Origin: the human T2T-CHM13v2.0 reference genome, Homo sapiens
Assembly (NCBI RefSeq): GCF_009914755.1
Contig: NC_060929.1
Length of the DNA stretch: 64,000 nt
Direction: 5' to 3' (one strand)
The stretch's first letter is position 1, and every line of letters starts with the position of its first letter. Of the stretch, positions 1-13,156 are shown piece by piece. The translations under genes were made by a program, and so were the position numbers. Under the pieces are notes generated by a model that saw nothing but the letters and a program-made list of their open reading frames with translations, did not search any database and was not told the DNA's origin.

Positions 1-184
1 AGACAGTTTTATTCAAGGTATCAGAAAACAACATTTTGGGTCAGAAGCAAGGTGTGAAAGAGAATCCAGTAGTATGGTATGATGAGATCTCTCTAAATAG
101 ACGTAATTATCAGGTGAAGATTTAAGAAATGAAAAATACCCAGATACCACCCCCTCTCCAAAAGAGAGAGGTGGGGAGGAGTGG

Positions 185-187
<3 letters not shown>

Positions 188-237
<50 letters not shown>
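188..237. repeat. (GA)n microsatellite
   Basis: about 25 perfect GA units. Confidence 0.98.
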
Positions 238-244
<7 letters not shown>

Positions 245-3200
245 GACATCTGCAAAGACCATTATTAATAATTGCTGTGGCAGGCAGGAAGGAAATAGAG
301 TCAGGTAGGTAGTTCAGTCAGAGAGGCCTCAAATATCTGTTAACCAAGTTGAGAAACACAGGAGACATGAAAAAGTCAGACTTGTTTCTGGTAAGAAGTT
401 TTGAAGATTCAAAAGCTCAAGTTTTACAGAAGGAGAGTAAAATTACAAAAACATTAGAAAGAATGAATGGTAAATTGCAATCCATGACCAGGTGAATGGA
501 AGAAGCAGAAAACATCTGGATACAATGTGACAGTGAAGAAGAAATGAGGTTCTTAAGTTGGGTGATGATAAAACTCAATTATTACAACAATTATTCCCCT
601 ATTTATAATAATGCAAGGAGAAAGAAGAAAGAATAGAAAAATAATTTTAAAAATAACCACAACAATTATCTTAATCAAATTCACCAATCCTCTTAATTGA
701 ATAGAGATAGAATTATTATTGGAAAGGCTAACATGAAGCCTAAGAAGACTGATTTAAACAAGGATACTCCTAAATAAGTTAAGTCAAGGTTTCAAAAATA
801 TAATCCAGAAAACCCCATTTTAGTTCTTTGCTTCTATGATTTAGACGAGTCATAATGTTTCTAGATCTTGAAACACTCATATTTATTTTTTTAAAGCATG
901 GTTTCCAGAATTTAAAAGCAAATGAATAAAACATGAACAAGTAAGAGCGCAGTCTCAGATATGGCCCTCAACTAAAATGATGTTCATAGCCAAAGGATGG
1001 TTTATAGCCTTTAAAAAACCAAAGGATCTACATTATACAGACTTAATCTTAGATTTTTGGTCTTTGCAGCATAGTTAGGTGGACATTTAAAATGAGTGGA
1101 ACTTTTAAAAACTTATCAATTAAAAAATAGAGCAAAAAAGATATAAAGGAATGAAAGGGAAGCTTATTAGCTTTGATAATTTCATTAGTTCCTCCAGTGT
1201 GAGGAAGGAGTATAATTTTATGTTTGTTTTATAGACAAGTGGGGAGCAGAGGGAGAAGTGGATAAGAAAATCAAAATGTTTAATACATTGTGTGACTACT
1301 AATCTCTTCACCTTTATTTCACATCATTCTTGTCTCATCATGGTCCACACTTCATTGCTTATCTTTTATTCTTTAATAATAGTTTACTAATTCTTTAGAG
1401 TGACAAATATAAGCATAAATATGCTATAAGTTAAAAGAAATTTCTTTACAAAACTAAAATATTTGTTTAAAAAAATACCAGATAGTGCAGACTGGTCGCA
1501 AGATGAGTGTTAGATAAAAAGTTATTAATGATAACATTTACATAGTTAAACACAAAACAGGATTCTAGAAGAAGAAACGTATAACTACTTTAAAGTGCAA
1601 GTATAAATTCCTCTATGAACTTGGGCAAGAAATATAATTAGTCAAAATATATGATAATGCCCATAGATTATTGTAGCCAGAAATAGAAACCATGTGACAA
1701 ATACTAGAATGACAGCAATCAAATAGGAACTTTGTTTCATATTTAAGATACATTTAGGTATCTTTTTTCAATAGTGGAGAACATTCAGGAGGATATTATG
1801 AACGTGCATAATGAAATAATAAAGCTTTTTCAAAACACTTGTGATGATGCATAAAAATTTAAGAAAATCAAATAAACATTGCAAGCAGCAAAATATACAG
1901 TATTATAAACTATAAATACAACTATAAATGCATAGTTCAATAGTGATTACTAATAAATTACAAAGAAGTAGAAATAGTAGATATGGAAGATTTGTGGACA
2001 TTGGAAATTCCAGCTATGTTAGAATACAAAGTTATAGTGTAGAGAGTATAGAAAATTTTTACTCATTTATATATAGTATAATAATTTCATGCATTCAACA
2101 GGAATATAACTAGGAAAATCATAAAGAAAATCTTAAAATAAAAAGCCAGCATCACTGAAATACTTAATGGGAAATAGGAAAAAGAAAGAAAATGGTGAAA
2201 TTCTAAAATTTGAAAACACAAGTAATAAAGACCTCTTTCATGTCCTTTTTCCGTCACAGGTAACATATATCTGGGTTTTATGGATCTTGCTTCATAAGTA
2301 GTTCTTGAATCTGTGTATCTCAAGATAAGCCATAGTTATGTAATGACTCTCAGGATAGTAGTTGCTTGCTTGCATTCTCTCACTGGCTCTCTGTCGCATG
2401 CACTTGCGCTGTCTCTTGCTTTCTTTCTCTCTCTCTCTCTCACTCCCCCTCTCTCTCCAGTCATGTCTCTTTCTAATATATTCACACTGGGTAAGAGTGA
2501 CATTTTGAAAATGCAAATCTGATCATGTGCACAGTGCTCAAAAAGTATTGGTTGGCTGCTTATTATGGGTCTAGATGAATATTCATTATATGATATATAC
2601 TGGGGTATATTTTATATTCAAATTTGAATATGAATTTGTAGCATTTGAGTGAAGATATTAGTTTGACCTCACATTTGTGTTGAACTTGAAAATGTGTAGT
2701 TTGCTTTCATATTATTTAATCTTCAGATTGACACTGTGCCTTAATTTATGTTATTAGATTTATGAGAAAATGGAGTTTAAGACTGTATAGCTAGCAAAAG
2801 GCAAGACTCAAACTCCTGACTGCTACATACAGTGTTAGTGTAACTGATGAAATGGTTACCTAGGAATATAGGAGAGATACTTTAAGACCTTTTGGTTTTT
2901 ATAGTATCTATTTGTAACCAGAGGGAATTTGTCTGCACTAGGGAGCTCTTGTAAATGCAGCCCAACTGCCCTGCAATGGGAGAAGGGACTAAGCAAAAAT
3001 CAGCTGGTCTTCCTTTCTACTTCTTATGTACTGTGTACTAAATACAGTTGTTAGAATACAGATTATAATTTTTAAAATATGCATTGTATATCCAGTTATA
3101 CTTTGCAAATATAAATAATTATGAGGGTGTCTCCAAGACACTAAAATAGGAACTTTATAAATTATGTCAGTAACTGTATCAGTAAAATGCCTGGCCCACA

Positions 3201-3807
3201 GTAGATACTTGATAAATATTTTTCATTGAATGAGTTATATTCAGGTTGTATTCAGTTGCAGGTAATAGAAGACCCAACTCAAAATGATTTAAATAATAAA
3301 GACATTTATCCTCCTGTATGTCAAGAAATCTGGTGAAATCTTTAGGGAAGCTCAGTGAAATCTTTAGGGAACTGTGCTTTTTCCATCTTTCTGCTTTGTA
3401 ACCCTCAGCATGTGATTGAATCATGACTGCCTAACTCGATGATTGGCTCAACCACAACCTGCTTTGTTGCTATTTGCTTTTTGTTTGTTTTTACAACAAC
3501 AAAAATAATAGCTTTTGTTTATTCAGTACTTCATACTACATATGTTTTCCTCTTGTGCTTACCTAATGTAAGTACAGAACTAATTTCAGTGATGTAAAAT
3601 TTCTTTCCTTCCACCTAACGGATTTTTTGAAAAAACTGTGGTGAAGTTTATATAAAATAGAACTAACCATTTTAAAGTGTACAGTTCAACATCATTTAGT
3701 ATATTCACTATAATGTGCAGCCGGCACCTCTATGTAGTTCTAAAACACTTTATTACCCCAAAAGAAAACTCTGTATCCATTAACCCAGTCATTCTCTATT
3801 CTCCCCT

Positions 3808-4178
3808 TGATATGGTTTGGCTCTGTGTCCCCACCCAAATCTCACCTTGAATTGTAAACCCCATAATCCCCACATGTCTAGGGCAGGACCAGGTGGAAGT
3901 GATTGGATCATAGGGGCATTTTCTCCCTTACTGTTCTTGTGATAATGAGTGAGTCTCATGAGATCTGATGGTTTTATAAGCATCTGGCATTTCCCCTGCT
4001 TGCGCTCACTCCATCCTGCTGCCTGAAGAAAGTGCCTGCTTCTCCTTTGCCATCCGCCATGATTGTAAGTTTCCTGAGGCCTCCCCAGCAATGTGGGACT
4101 GTCAATTAAACCTCTTTCCTTTATGAATTATCCAGTCTTGGGTATTTCTTCATAGCAGTGTGAGAATGGACTAATATA
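3808..4178 (+). mobile_element. THE1 (THE1D-like) MaLR solo LTR
   Basis: tgatatggtttggctctgtgtccccacccaaatctc...gagaatggactaata; 5-bp TSD cccct at 3803-3807 and 4179-4183. Confidence 0.92.
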
Positions 4179-4796
4179 CCCCTCCTCCACCCACAGCCCC
4201 CAGCAACCACCAATCTATTTTCCATCTCTGCAGATTTACCTATTCTAGATATTTCTTATAAATGGAGTCAGACAATATGTGACTTTGTGTTTGGGTTCTT
4301 TCACTTAGCATGTTTTTGAAGTTCATCCATTTTGTAGCATGTATGAGTATTTCATTCCTTTTTGTGACAGTCATATTCCATCATATGTATATATCACATT
4401 TTATTTATCCATTCATCCATTGATAGACATTTGAATTGTTTACACCTGTTGGCTCTTGTGAATAGTGCTGCTATGAACATTTGTGTGTATTTGAGTACTT
4501 GTTTTCAACTCTTTTGGATGTATATACAAATATATATATTTTGGATATATATATAAACAATCGATTCTTTTGGATATATATAGAAACAATATATATAAAT
4601 ATATGATGTTTTGTAAAAGCAAATCTGATCATGTGCACAGTGATATATATATTATATATAATTTATATATCAAACAATATATATCAAAATTACTTATAAC
4701 TATAATTACTTATATATTATATATTATTTATGTGAACTATATATATTTACACTTATAAATTATATATTAATATATAAACATATATATCACTTGTAT

Positions 4797-4805
4797 ACAC
4801 ACGCG

Positions 4806-4836
<31 letters not shown>
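4797..4836. repeat. (CA)n/(CG)n mixed microsatellite
   Basis: acacacgcgcacacgcgcgcacacacac... Confidence 0.95.
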
Positions 4837-5561
4837 CGGAATCATAATTGCTGGATTACATGCTAATTCTGTGTTTAACTTTTTACACTATTTTATATTC
4901 CCACCAGCAATGTAAAAGGGTTCCAGTTTCATCACATCCTTACCAACACTTATTCTTTTAAGGTTTTTGATGTTAGCCATTCTAGTGGGTGTGAAGTAGT
5001 ATCTGATTGTGGTTTTGATTTGCATTTCTCTAATGACTAATAATATTGAGCATCTTTTGTTATGCATGTTGGTCATTATTGCTACTTCTTAATGTAAATT
5101 CTCTTATTCAGGCAAATTCTAATTCCTGCTTCCCACTCAATTTGTCGCTTATACTTTGCCTCACTGAGATGCCATGCTTCTGCCATTCCCAAGTTAACTT
5201 CCTTTTCTTCTATGAAGTATCCTAATGATTTTAGGTTCCAGATAATATATAGTATAGGAGGTCATATACAGTCTCTCCTGTATATTTATGAGTTCTAAAT
5301 TATATACTCCAATTGTATATTTTTGAATTACATATAAATATTAATAATTTATTTCAATCATTTAGCAAACTGAGCTAATTGGACTCAAGTATGTATTGTG
5401 TTATTTGTTTTATTTATTCAAAGTTTCTTGAGGAGGGTGTATTGATGGTTCTAGACCTATAACTAATAAGTAATTTTGATATATTATGAGTTTGTGTGTT
5501 AATAAATTAATTTCCTGTGAGGAAAAGAGGAAGCAGTGGGAAATAAGGTATTTATCTTTGC

Positions 5562-5776
5562 CAGGGTTTCTCAGTCTCCATACAGTTGACATTTTGGGCT
5601 GGTAATTCTCTGTTGTGGGAACTGTCTTTTGCAGTATAGGGTGTTTAGCAGTATCCCTGCCCCCTACTCACTGGATGCCAGTAGTATCCCCCATTTGTGA
5701 TAACCAAAAATATTTTCAGAAATTGACAAATGTCCCCTGGGGCACAATATTGCTTCTCCTCCCTATCAGAACTCTC
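5562..5776 (-). mobile_element. MER20 hAT DNA transposon
   Basis: cagggtttctca...gacattttgggc...tttagcag.atccctg...aaatgtcccctgggg is the reverse complement of the MER20 consensus. Confidence 0.85.
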
Positions 5777-6038
5777 TAATTTCTGTTTTGAAGACCAGTC
5801 CAGAGTTTGAGAGAATCCTAGAAATAAAAACAAGAAGTCAACAGTGATGGTTTCTGTAGAAATGTGTGCTGTTCTGAGAAGTAACTATTTTATAAGAAGG
5901 AGGATACAAAAGGTTTTGGCTGGGGAGCGTATTTAACATTCTGGAAAATAAATCTTTTGACTCTAGCTGTATTAATTTTGGTAACTGTAGAGATGATTAA
6001 TTTTAGACATTGATAAATTATTTTTATTTTTTTTTCAG

Positions 6039-6151
6039 CTTATTATGACAATACCATTTTTCATAGAGTTGTGCCTGGTTTCATAGTCCAAGGCGGAGAT
6101 CCTACTGGCACAGGGAGTGGTGGAGAGTCTATCTATGGAGCGCCATTCAAA
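6039..6151 (+). CDS. CWC27: CWC27 exon 3 (113 nt): (A)[37 protein letters not shown]
   Basis: tttttcag|CT acceptor, AAA|gtaaga donor; cyclophilin signature FHRV..FIVQGGD. Confidence 0.97.
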
Positions 6152-6283
6152 GTAAGACTGAATTATTATTTTTATTATTATTTTTGTTGTTATTATTATT
6201 TCCAAGTCAGTTTGGATTGCTTAATCGAAAATGATTGTGTTCCACAAGAGGAAAAAACGTTTCACATTAGTATATAAACATCA

Positions 6284-6664
<381 letters not shown>

Positions 6665-7971
6665 TTAACTGCCAACATAGATCTAAGAAGAAAAGGAGTT
6701 AATGTCAGTGAAGATAATAACAACAGCAGGTTCAAGTAAAAGCTAAAAGTTGTGTTTGTTATTAATTTGATGGCACCAATATCATGTTCTTTGAATGAGT
6801 AAATATTGGTATCTCTTAAAATATGGGAGTTTTTGAAAAATTCGTTTTTATATTAAGGGAATAGATTGCATTTTCCTTTCATCTTTTAATGAGTCATTGT
6901 GTGATTCTTGAAGAAAATACTTGAACTGTTAGCTTTAATTTCCAGATGATAATGGCCTTAGAAATGTGGAATAGTTATTTTAAAAGTCTCAGATGTCACT
7001 TTTAGACTATTTTATATTTTACCATGGTAAGACTTCTCATGATTTTAGATACTCCGTCTAGTCGGAAGCATTCTTTTATTCTTTTATTTGGTGTGACAGA
7101 ATAGCTGTTTTTGACAATTCCTTCCTAATTTGAGATTTTTGCTTCATTATTTTCAGGTAATACAGTTATCTTGTTACATTTTTCAATTAGGTCATTTTGA
7201 ATACAGTATACAGAGTTATGATCCATTGAGTTCAGATCTCTTGAGAATTATTTATTAAGGAAAAATATCTTCCTTTGTGAAAAGCATTTATGATATAACA
7301 TGACTACATTTATAAATGAGTTCTGTATCAGGCTGGATGGAAATTCTGTTAACTAAGAGACTAATATATTTGTTAAGTAGCCCTGTCATGGTGAGAAAAC
7401 CACCTTAGAAAGGCTTGTTCCTGCTCTTTTGAAAACTGGCAAATAGAATCAGTGCCATTTCAGAGAAGATTCAACTTAGGACTTTAAAAAGACATGGTAA
7501 AATTACATAACACAATCATAGTAGATTATTTGAATTAAAAAACAAGAACAAAGCAATTGTTTAATGACATTTAGAATGAGATGGGAAGGAGTAATAATTG
7601 AATACTCTGCAATGGCTCAAAGGTAGTTTTCTGGGAGAAATAATAGAAGATTTCAAAAGCATAGCTGACTTTGGGATGAGAATAGGGAAATGACTTAGAA
7701 ATCCATTCCCCCTTGGGTACTCTTCCTTTAGGTGTAACTAAGCAGCTTTCTACAAAATAGGGTATATTTCTGTCTGAGTATATTTAGAAGATACAGTCTA
7801 GTGAATTCAAGTTTAATAACATTGAAAGAATAGTAAATACTTGAAAATCAATTAAGTAAAATGTCTGCATTTTTTATTAGAAGTTGTATGGGACCTTGCA
7901 GGTCAAGTTGAATAACTGCATATGAAGGGTCTTATAACTGAGGACATTCACTAAATCTTTTTACATTTCAG

Positions 7972-8115
7972 GATGAATTTCATTCACGGTTGCGTTTTAA
8001 TCGGAGAGGACTGGTTGCCATGGCAAATGCTGGTTCTCATGATAATGGCAGCCAGTTTTTCTTCACACTGGGTCGAGCAGATGAACTTAACAATAAGCAT
8101 ACCATCTTTGGAAAG
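7972..8115 (+). CDS. CWC27: CWC27 exon 4 (144 nt): DEFHSRLRFNRRGLVAMANAGSHDNGSQFFFTLGRADELNNKHTIFGK
   Basis: atttcag|GAT acceptor, AAG|gttagt donor; MANAG..NGSQFF cyclophilin motif. Confidence 0.97.
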
Positions 8116-8728
8116 GTTAGTGTCCAGTGATTTTAAACCTGTGGTTCAGTTTTTGGTTTTATGTTATTCCTTAGACTTCTAAGATACATATGATTAACTT
8201 ATCTAAGAGCTACCTTTGTAAAAACATTCCATAGGATATGTTTATTATTTTCAAAAATGATGGAATATATTCCTAATATAGTGCACTATGAGGGAGCATC
8301 TAAGTTCTTTTTGGATCTTTCAATTCAGTCATTAGTTGTGACTTTAGTGTATTCCTTCTTTAAAATCATAGTAATGGTATGAGCTAAAATGTGCCACTTA
8401 GCCAATATTGATTTTACACTTTTGGAAGGACATTTAGGTAATAATATTTAGTAGTTTACAGTTTATTTTCTTAATGATGGATTTTCTTAAGTTTAAAGTG
8501 GAATTTGTGTTGACATTGAAACTTCTTACTGTAAATATTACTTTGAATAGTACCTATTTAATCCTGCTCACATTTAATGTCATATTAGGGAACGTCCTTT
8601 CTATAGAATTTTTAACAATTCCCTTTAAAAAGGGATTCTGAAGGTTTTCTTCTCTCACTCTTCTCCATTCTCATAAATATGTTTCTATATGTTTTAAGTC
8701 TTAGGCATATCGGACATCACTAGTGCAT

Positions 8729-8748
8729 CAGCGCCCTCTGCTGGTTCA
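8729..8748 (-). promoter_or_regulatory. CTCF-binding motif
   Basis: Minus strand reads TGAACCAGCAGAGGGCGCTG; core CCAGCAGAGGGCGC fits the CCASYAGRKGGCRS consensus. Confidence 0.75.
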
Positions 8749-9616
8749 GTAAGAATGGTTTCCCCATATACTGGGCAAAACTGGATTTTTGTGGTGATGA
8801 AAGGGAAAAAAACAAATTCAGTACAATTGGAAAGCTGGTGTTGTTTTAAAACTCTTGAAAAACACTGAATGAAAGGAATCACACTAAAACTATATGTTGC
8901 AATGTTGTTGGTTAATACTTATTAATAACAGTGGGTTAGGAAATATGCATTGGCACATTCTTTTGAGCCACTCCAGCACAGCCTGTCTGATGTTTATAGA
9001 TTCCCTCCATTTATTCCTTAAAAATAAGAGTGTGTAATAAAATGAGATTTAAGTTGCCATTCTGCATCAGTTTTTACAATTGGGTTATATAACTAACACA
9101 TCAGAGACAATGTGTAGCATAGTTAGAAGTTAGAAAGGCCATCACTGTTGGTTTTATACCTTCTTTGATCCTCATTTTTCTTATCTGTAGAAGGATAATA
9201 TTAGTTCCTACTTTTAGGTTGTTTGTGAGGATTAAATGAGATAATGTCTCTAAAGCATTTACCACATTGTTATTGTTATTTGCTTATTTTATCCTATTCC
9301 AAAGTTTAAATTTGTTTATGATGTTTGAATGAAAAGTTGTCATTCAGTAGGAGATTATTTGGCATTATATTATTAATAAAAACTTACATTAAATATATAT
9401 TGGAAATTTCCAAAAAACTTATTGGGGGATTGAACTCCATCCATGCTTTTCTCCTTTAAGATAAAGTTGCTTTATTTGCATTATTAAATGCATATATTTT
9501 TATGTAATCACATGAAATTTTCTTTTAATTATTTGAAAGATGTTTTCAAAGGTTTTCTCTTAATTCAAAGGATGAGTGCAATAATTTTCAATTACATTAT
9601 ATTTTTAATTTGATAG

Positions 9617-9715
9617 GTTACAGGGGATACAGTATATAACATGTTGCGACTGTCAGAAGTAGACATTGATGATGACGAAAGACCACATAATCCACACAAA
9701 ATAAAAAGCTGTGAG
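9617..9715 (+). CDS. CWC27: CWC27 exon 5 (99 nt): VTGDTVYNMLRLSEVDIDDDERPHNPHKIKSCE
   Basis: tgatag|GTT acceptor, GAG|gtagga donor; phase 0-0, in frame with neighbours. Confidence 0.96.
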
Positions 9716-10019
9716 GTAGGAGCATGATTATTACGAGATACAGCACTTACATTGTCGTTTAAGAGGAATTGATTCTTAGTATTTTTAAACTATTGGATTA
9801 AGGCTTTATACTATGTTAACATCACAACTCAAATTTTATCTCTAATTTATTTGGGCACCGTTTCTAGTTAAGAATTTTTTTAATTAAAGATTTTAATTCA
9901 AAGATGAAACTTTATCTGATAATCCAATGACTGAAAAGCTTACCTCATAATGGAAAGTTAAAGGAATTAGGTTTATTTAGCCCAAAGTAGTGACTTCATA
10001 GGTAATTTAAGAGTAATCT

Positions 10020-10401
<382 letters not shown>

Positions 10402-10659
10402 TTACATTTTCTTAAATATTTTTCCCTTTTGTAAAATGGGGATAAAATATCCCTTACTTAATAGCACATAGGATTATTGAGAGAATCCAGTGAGGCCGTG
10501 TAAGTGGAAGCATGTTGTGTAGTAAATATATATCACTATACTAATAATGTTTATGTGGGGAAAAATATAGACACTATACCACTGGAATTACATACGGGGT
10601 TTGATTTTTTGTGAAATGTTAAAAATGGAATAATGTTTTCGAAATATTTTTTTTCATAG

Positions 10660-10763
10660 GTTTTGTTTAATCCTTTTGATGACATCATTCCAAGGGAAAT
10701 TAAAAGGCTGAAAAAAGAGAAACCAGAGGAGGAAGTAAAGAAATTGAAACCCAAAGGCACAAA
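10660..10763 (+). CDS. CWC27: CWC27 exon 6 (104 nt): VLFNPFDDIIPREIKRLKKEKPEEEVKKLKPKGT(K)
   Basis: ttttcatag|GTT acceptor, AA|gtaatc donor; NPFDDI.PR motif typical of CWC27. Confidence 0.96.
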
Positions 10764-10879
10764 GTAATCATAGTGGAGAGATTTTTCTTCAGCTTGAAAA
10801 ATGACACTCATTCATTTAGTTTACTATATTTCCTTTTATAGTAATTGTTTACTAGCAAAGGAGAGGCCAGTTTGAACCA

Positions 10880-11027
10880 GAGAGATATTGGAATTATGAG
10901 TGTGTGGTTGTATTAGTTCATTTTTACACTGCTATAAAGACATGCCTGAGACTGAGAGATATTGGAATTATGAGTGTGTGGTTGTATTAGTCCGTTTTCA
11001 CACTGCTATAAAGATATACCTGAGACA
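10880..11027. repeat. 74-bp tandem duplication overlapping a THE1 end
   Basis: gagagatattggaattatgagtgtgtggttgtattagt... at 10880 and 10954; 6 mismatches in 74. Confidence 0.95.
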
Positions 11028-11355
11028 GGGTAATTCATAAAGGAAACAGGTTTAATTGACTCACAATTTCACATGGCTAGGGAGGCCTCAGGAAGCTTCA
11101 ATCGTGGAGGAAGGCGAAGCAGTCACCTTCTTCACAAGGCAGCAGGGGAGAGAGCGAGTGGGAAGGAGGAACTGTCAAACACTTATAAAACCATCAGATC
11201 TTATGAGAACTCACTCAGTATCATGAGAACAGCTTTGGGGACACCACCCTATAATCCAGTCACCTCCCACTAGGGTCCCTCCCATAAAACACATGGGGAT
11301 TGTGGGAATTACTCGAGATGAGATTTGGGTGGGGACACAGAGCCAAACCATATTA
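10983..11355 (-). mobile_element. THE1 (THE1C/D-like) MaLR solo LTR
   Basis: tgtattagtccgttttcacactgct...gagatttgggtggggacacagagccaaaccata; TSD gtggt at 10978-10982 and 11356-11360. Confidence 0.92.
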
Positions 11356-13086
11356 GTGGTTTTGTTTGTTTGTTTGTTTGTTTGTTTTCCTAAATGAGCA
11401 ACTCTTGTATTCAGGTGCAGTATATCTTAAACTTAAGCTACAAACATGTCATCTCAGTTGTTCACATGAAATCTGTGTTAATAAATAGATACATATTTTA
11501 TGATCCCTGTAACAATTATTTATATAAATGAGTTGTTGAGAAACTTGTTTGTTGCTTATTTTAAAATTAATATGTGCTCACTCAGTATAAATAGAAAGTA
11601 AAGTATAAAGAATATTTTTAATGACTGCATGATTGCATTATGCAATTTAACTTGTATTTAACTTTTTACTCCTTTTATGTTGCTATTAAAAATAATATTA
11701 TTATAAATATTTTAAAATATAAAGCTGTTTCATTCAGTATTCTGGTTTATTTCCAGAAGATAATTTTCCAAAAAATAGGAATGAAAAAATAAATTTCAGT
11801 ATTTTGGACAATATTCTACATTATTAATACTGTCTGTATATACTGCAGAGTTAGATTTCAACGTACTCTTTTACTGAATCGTAGGATCCTTATTAGAGAT
11901 TTTATTGTAAGTATAATTGTTAGATTTGATCAATTCTAGATATAATCCTGCCAAACCTAGTTAATAAAAGGCAAAGTTGATTAAACTTTCTAAGCTTCAG
12001 TTACCTCTTCCTATAAAATGGAGATTAGAATAAGTTCAACTCCTGGTTGTTATGAGGATTAAATGAGAAGAGGTATGTTAAAACACCCAGTAGTATAGGC
12101 ATTCAATACCTATTAGTCTTTTTCCTTGATATCCTACAAATACAAAGTTAAATTGTTTTATAAAGTGTCAGATATGAGCCAGACACTTTAATAAGCAGTT
12201 AATTCCTTGTGGCAAAATAACTGCTTATTGGAATTATTTATTTGATTTTTAAAAATTCTTTGATCAGCTTATTTTGATTAATCTATCTCTGGATGAAAGG
12301 TCACTGTCACTGTATTCATATGCAGTGCGTCATCACTATGATTTATCTTAACAATAAACTCTAAAGTCTTTTTTTGGTGTGTTTTGCTTTGTTTTTGTTT
12401 CCAGCAAATATATTGGGGATGATATGTTGGTCGTTGCTTGCTTCTAGGCTTTGGGAAAAAAAAAAATCTGTTTCACTGCCACATCTTTAATTTTTCTATT
12501 TGAGAGACAGTTTTAGTAACTTGTTTATCTTACTTGAGATTACTTTTGTTTGATGAATCAGAGGAGACAAACCTAGTTTTTTCTCCTTGTGGGCTATTTT
12601 AGTTGTTCATTGCTCATATTTTTTTGTCTGACAATTTTGTATACATATTAATTTTAAAATATTAAAAAATATTTTGCCAAATACTAGATTAATTGCTTCC
12701 CATTTGTAGCACTCAGGGATATATACTTATTATTTTTCAGAAACCCCCATTTTGCTACCAGTTTTGATAAATATAAAAAAGCTTAATTATTTCTGTCATG
12801 CTTTACTCAGTAAATTTAATGGTAATGCTCAGAAGGGATTTTTGGTCATTAAAAGTTAGTATAATATAGGAAACATTGGTGCTGTGAGGCAAAAGCTTTA
12901 ACATCATACTGAAAATACAGATCGTTAGAATACTTCTGCTGAATACTGAGTAATATGGTCTTTTTTAGAACAGTCAGAATGTATTTCTTCTTGTAAATTC
13001 TGTTCTCTTGCTCTGAAAATAAGGTATTTATAAGTTTGATTTGACTTTCTCTTTCTTTTTTTTTTTCTTTCTTTTTTTTGGACTAG

Positions 13087-13156
13087 AAATTTTAGTTTAC
13101 TTTCATTTGGAGAGGAAGCTGAGGAAGAAGAGGAGGAAGTAAATCGAGTTAGTCAG
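13087..13156 (+). CDS. CWC27: CWC27 exon 7 (70 nt): NFSLLSFGEEAEEEEEEVNRVSQ
   Basis: long poly-T tract then gactag|A acceptor, CAG|gtaatc donor; LLSFGEEAE motif. Confidence 0.96.

Larger units (their letters stand above)
3624..5077 (-). mobile_element. Old L1 (L1MB-like) 3' end, interrupted by a THE1 LTR and AT-rich/(CA)n sequence
   Basis: Antisense L1 3'UTR motifs (accattttaaagtgtacagttc; cccaccagcaatgt; ttttgatttgcatttctctaatgacta); ORF 4888..5076 resembles the L1 ORF2 C-terminus (IREMQIKTTIRYYFTP). Confidence 0.85.

Noticed and set aside
13-255. 80-aa ORF with SLSLSL run
   Set aside because: Translation of the (GA)n microsatellite
280-2300. A-rich region that may be a decayed ancient L1/HAL1
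   Set aside because: Too degenerate to assign or delimit by eye; its ORFs show no recognisable protein
7140-7162. ttattttcag|gtaata recursive-splice-like site (similar motifs near 47490 and 52280)
   Set aside because: The first lies in a short 1.8-kb intron; the others have weak donors or tracts; expected by chance in AT-rich DNA
8694-8882. Possible intronic snoRNA or small ORF in the GC-richer patch
   Set aside because: No convincing paired C/D or H/ACA boxes with a terminal stem; the CTCF motif explains the patch better
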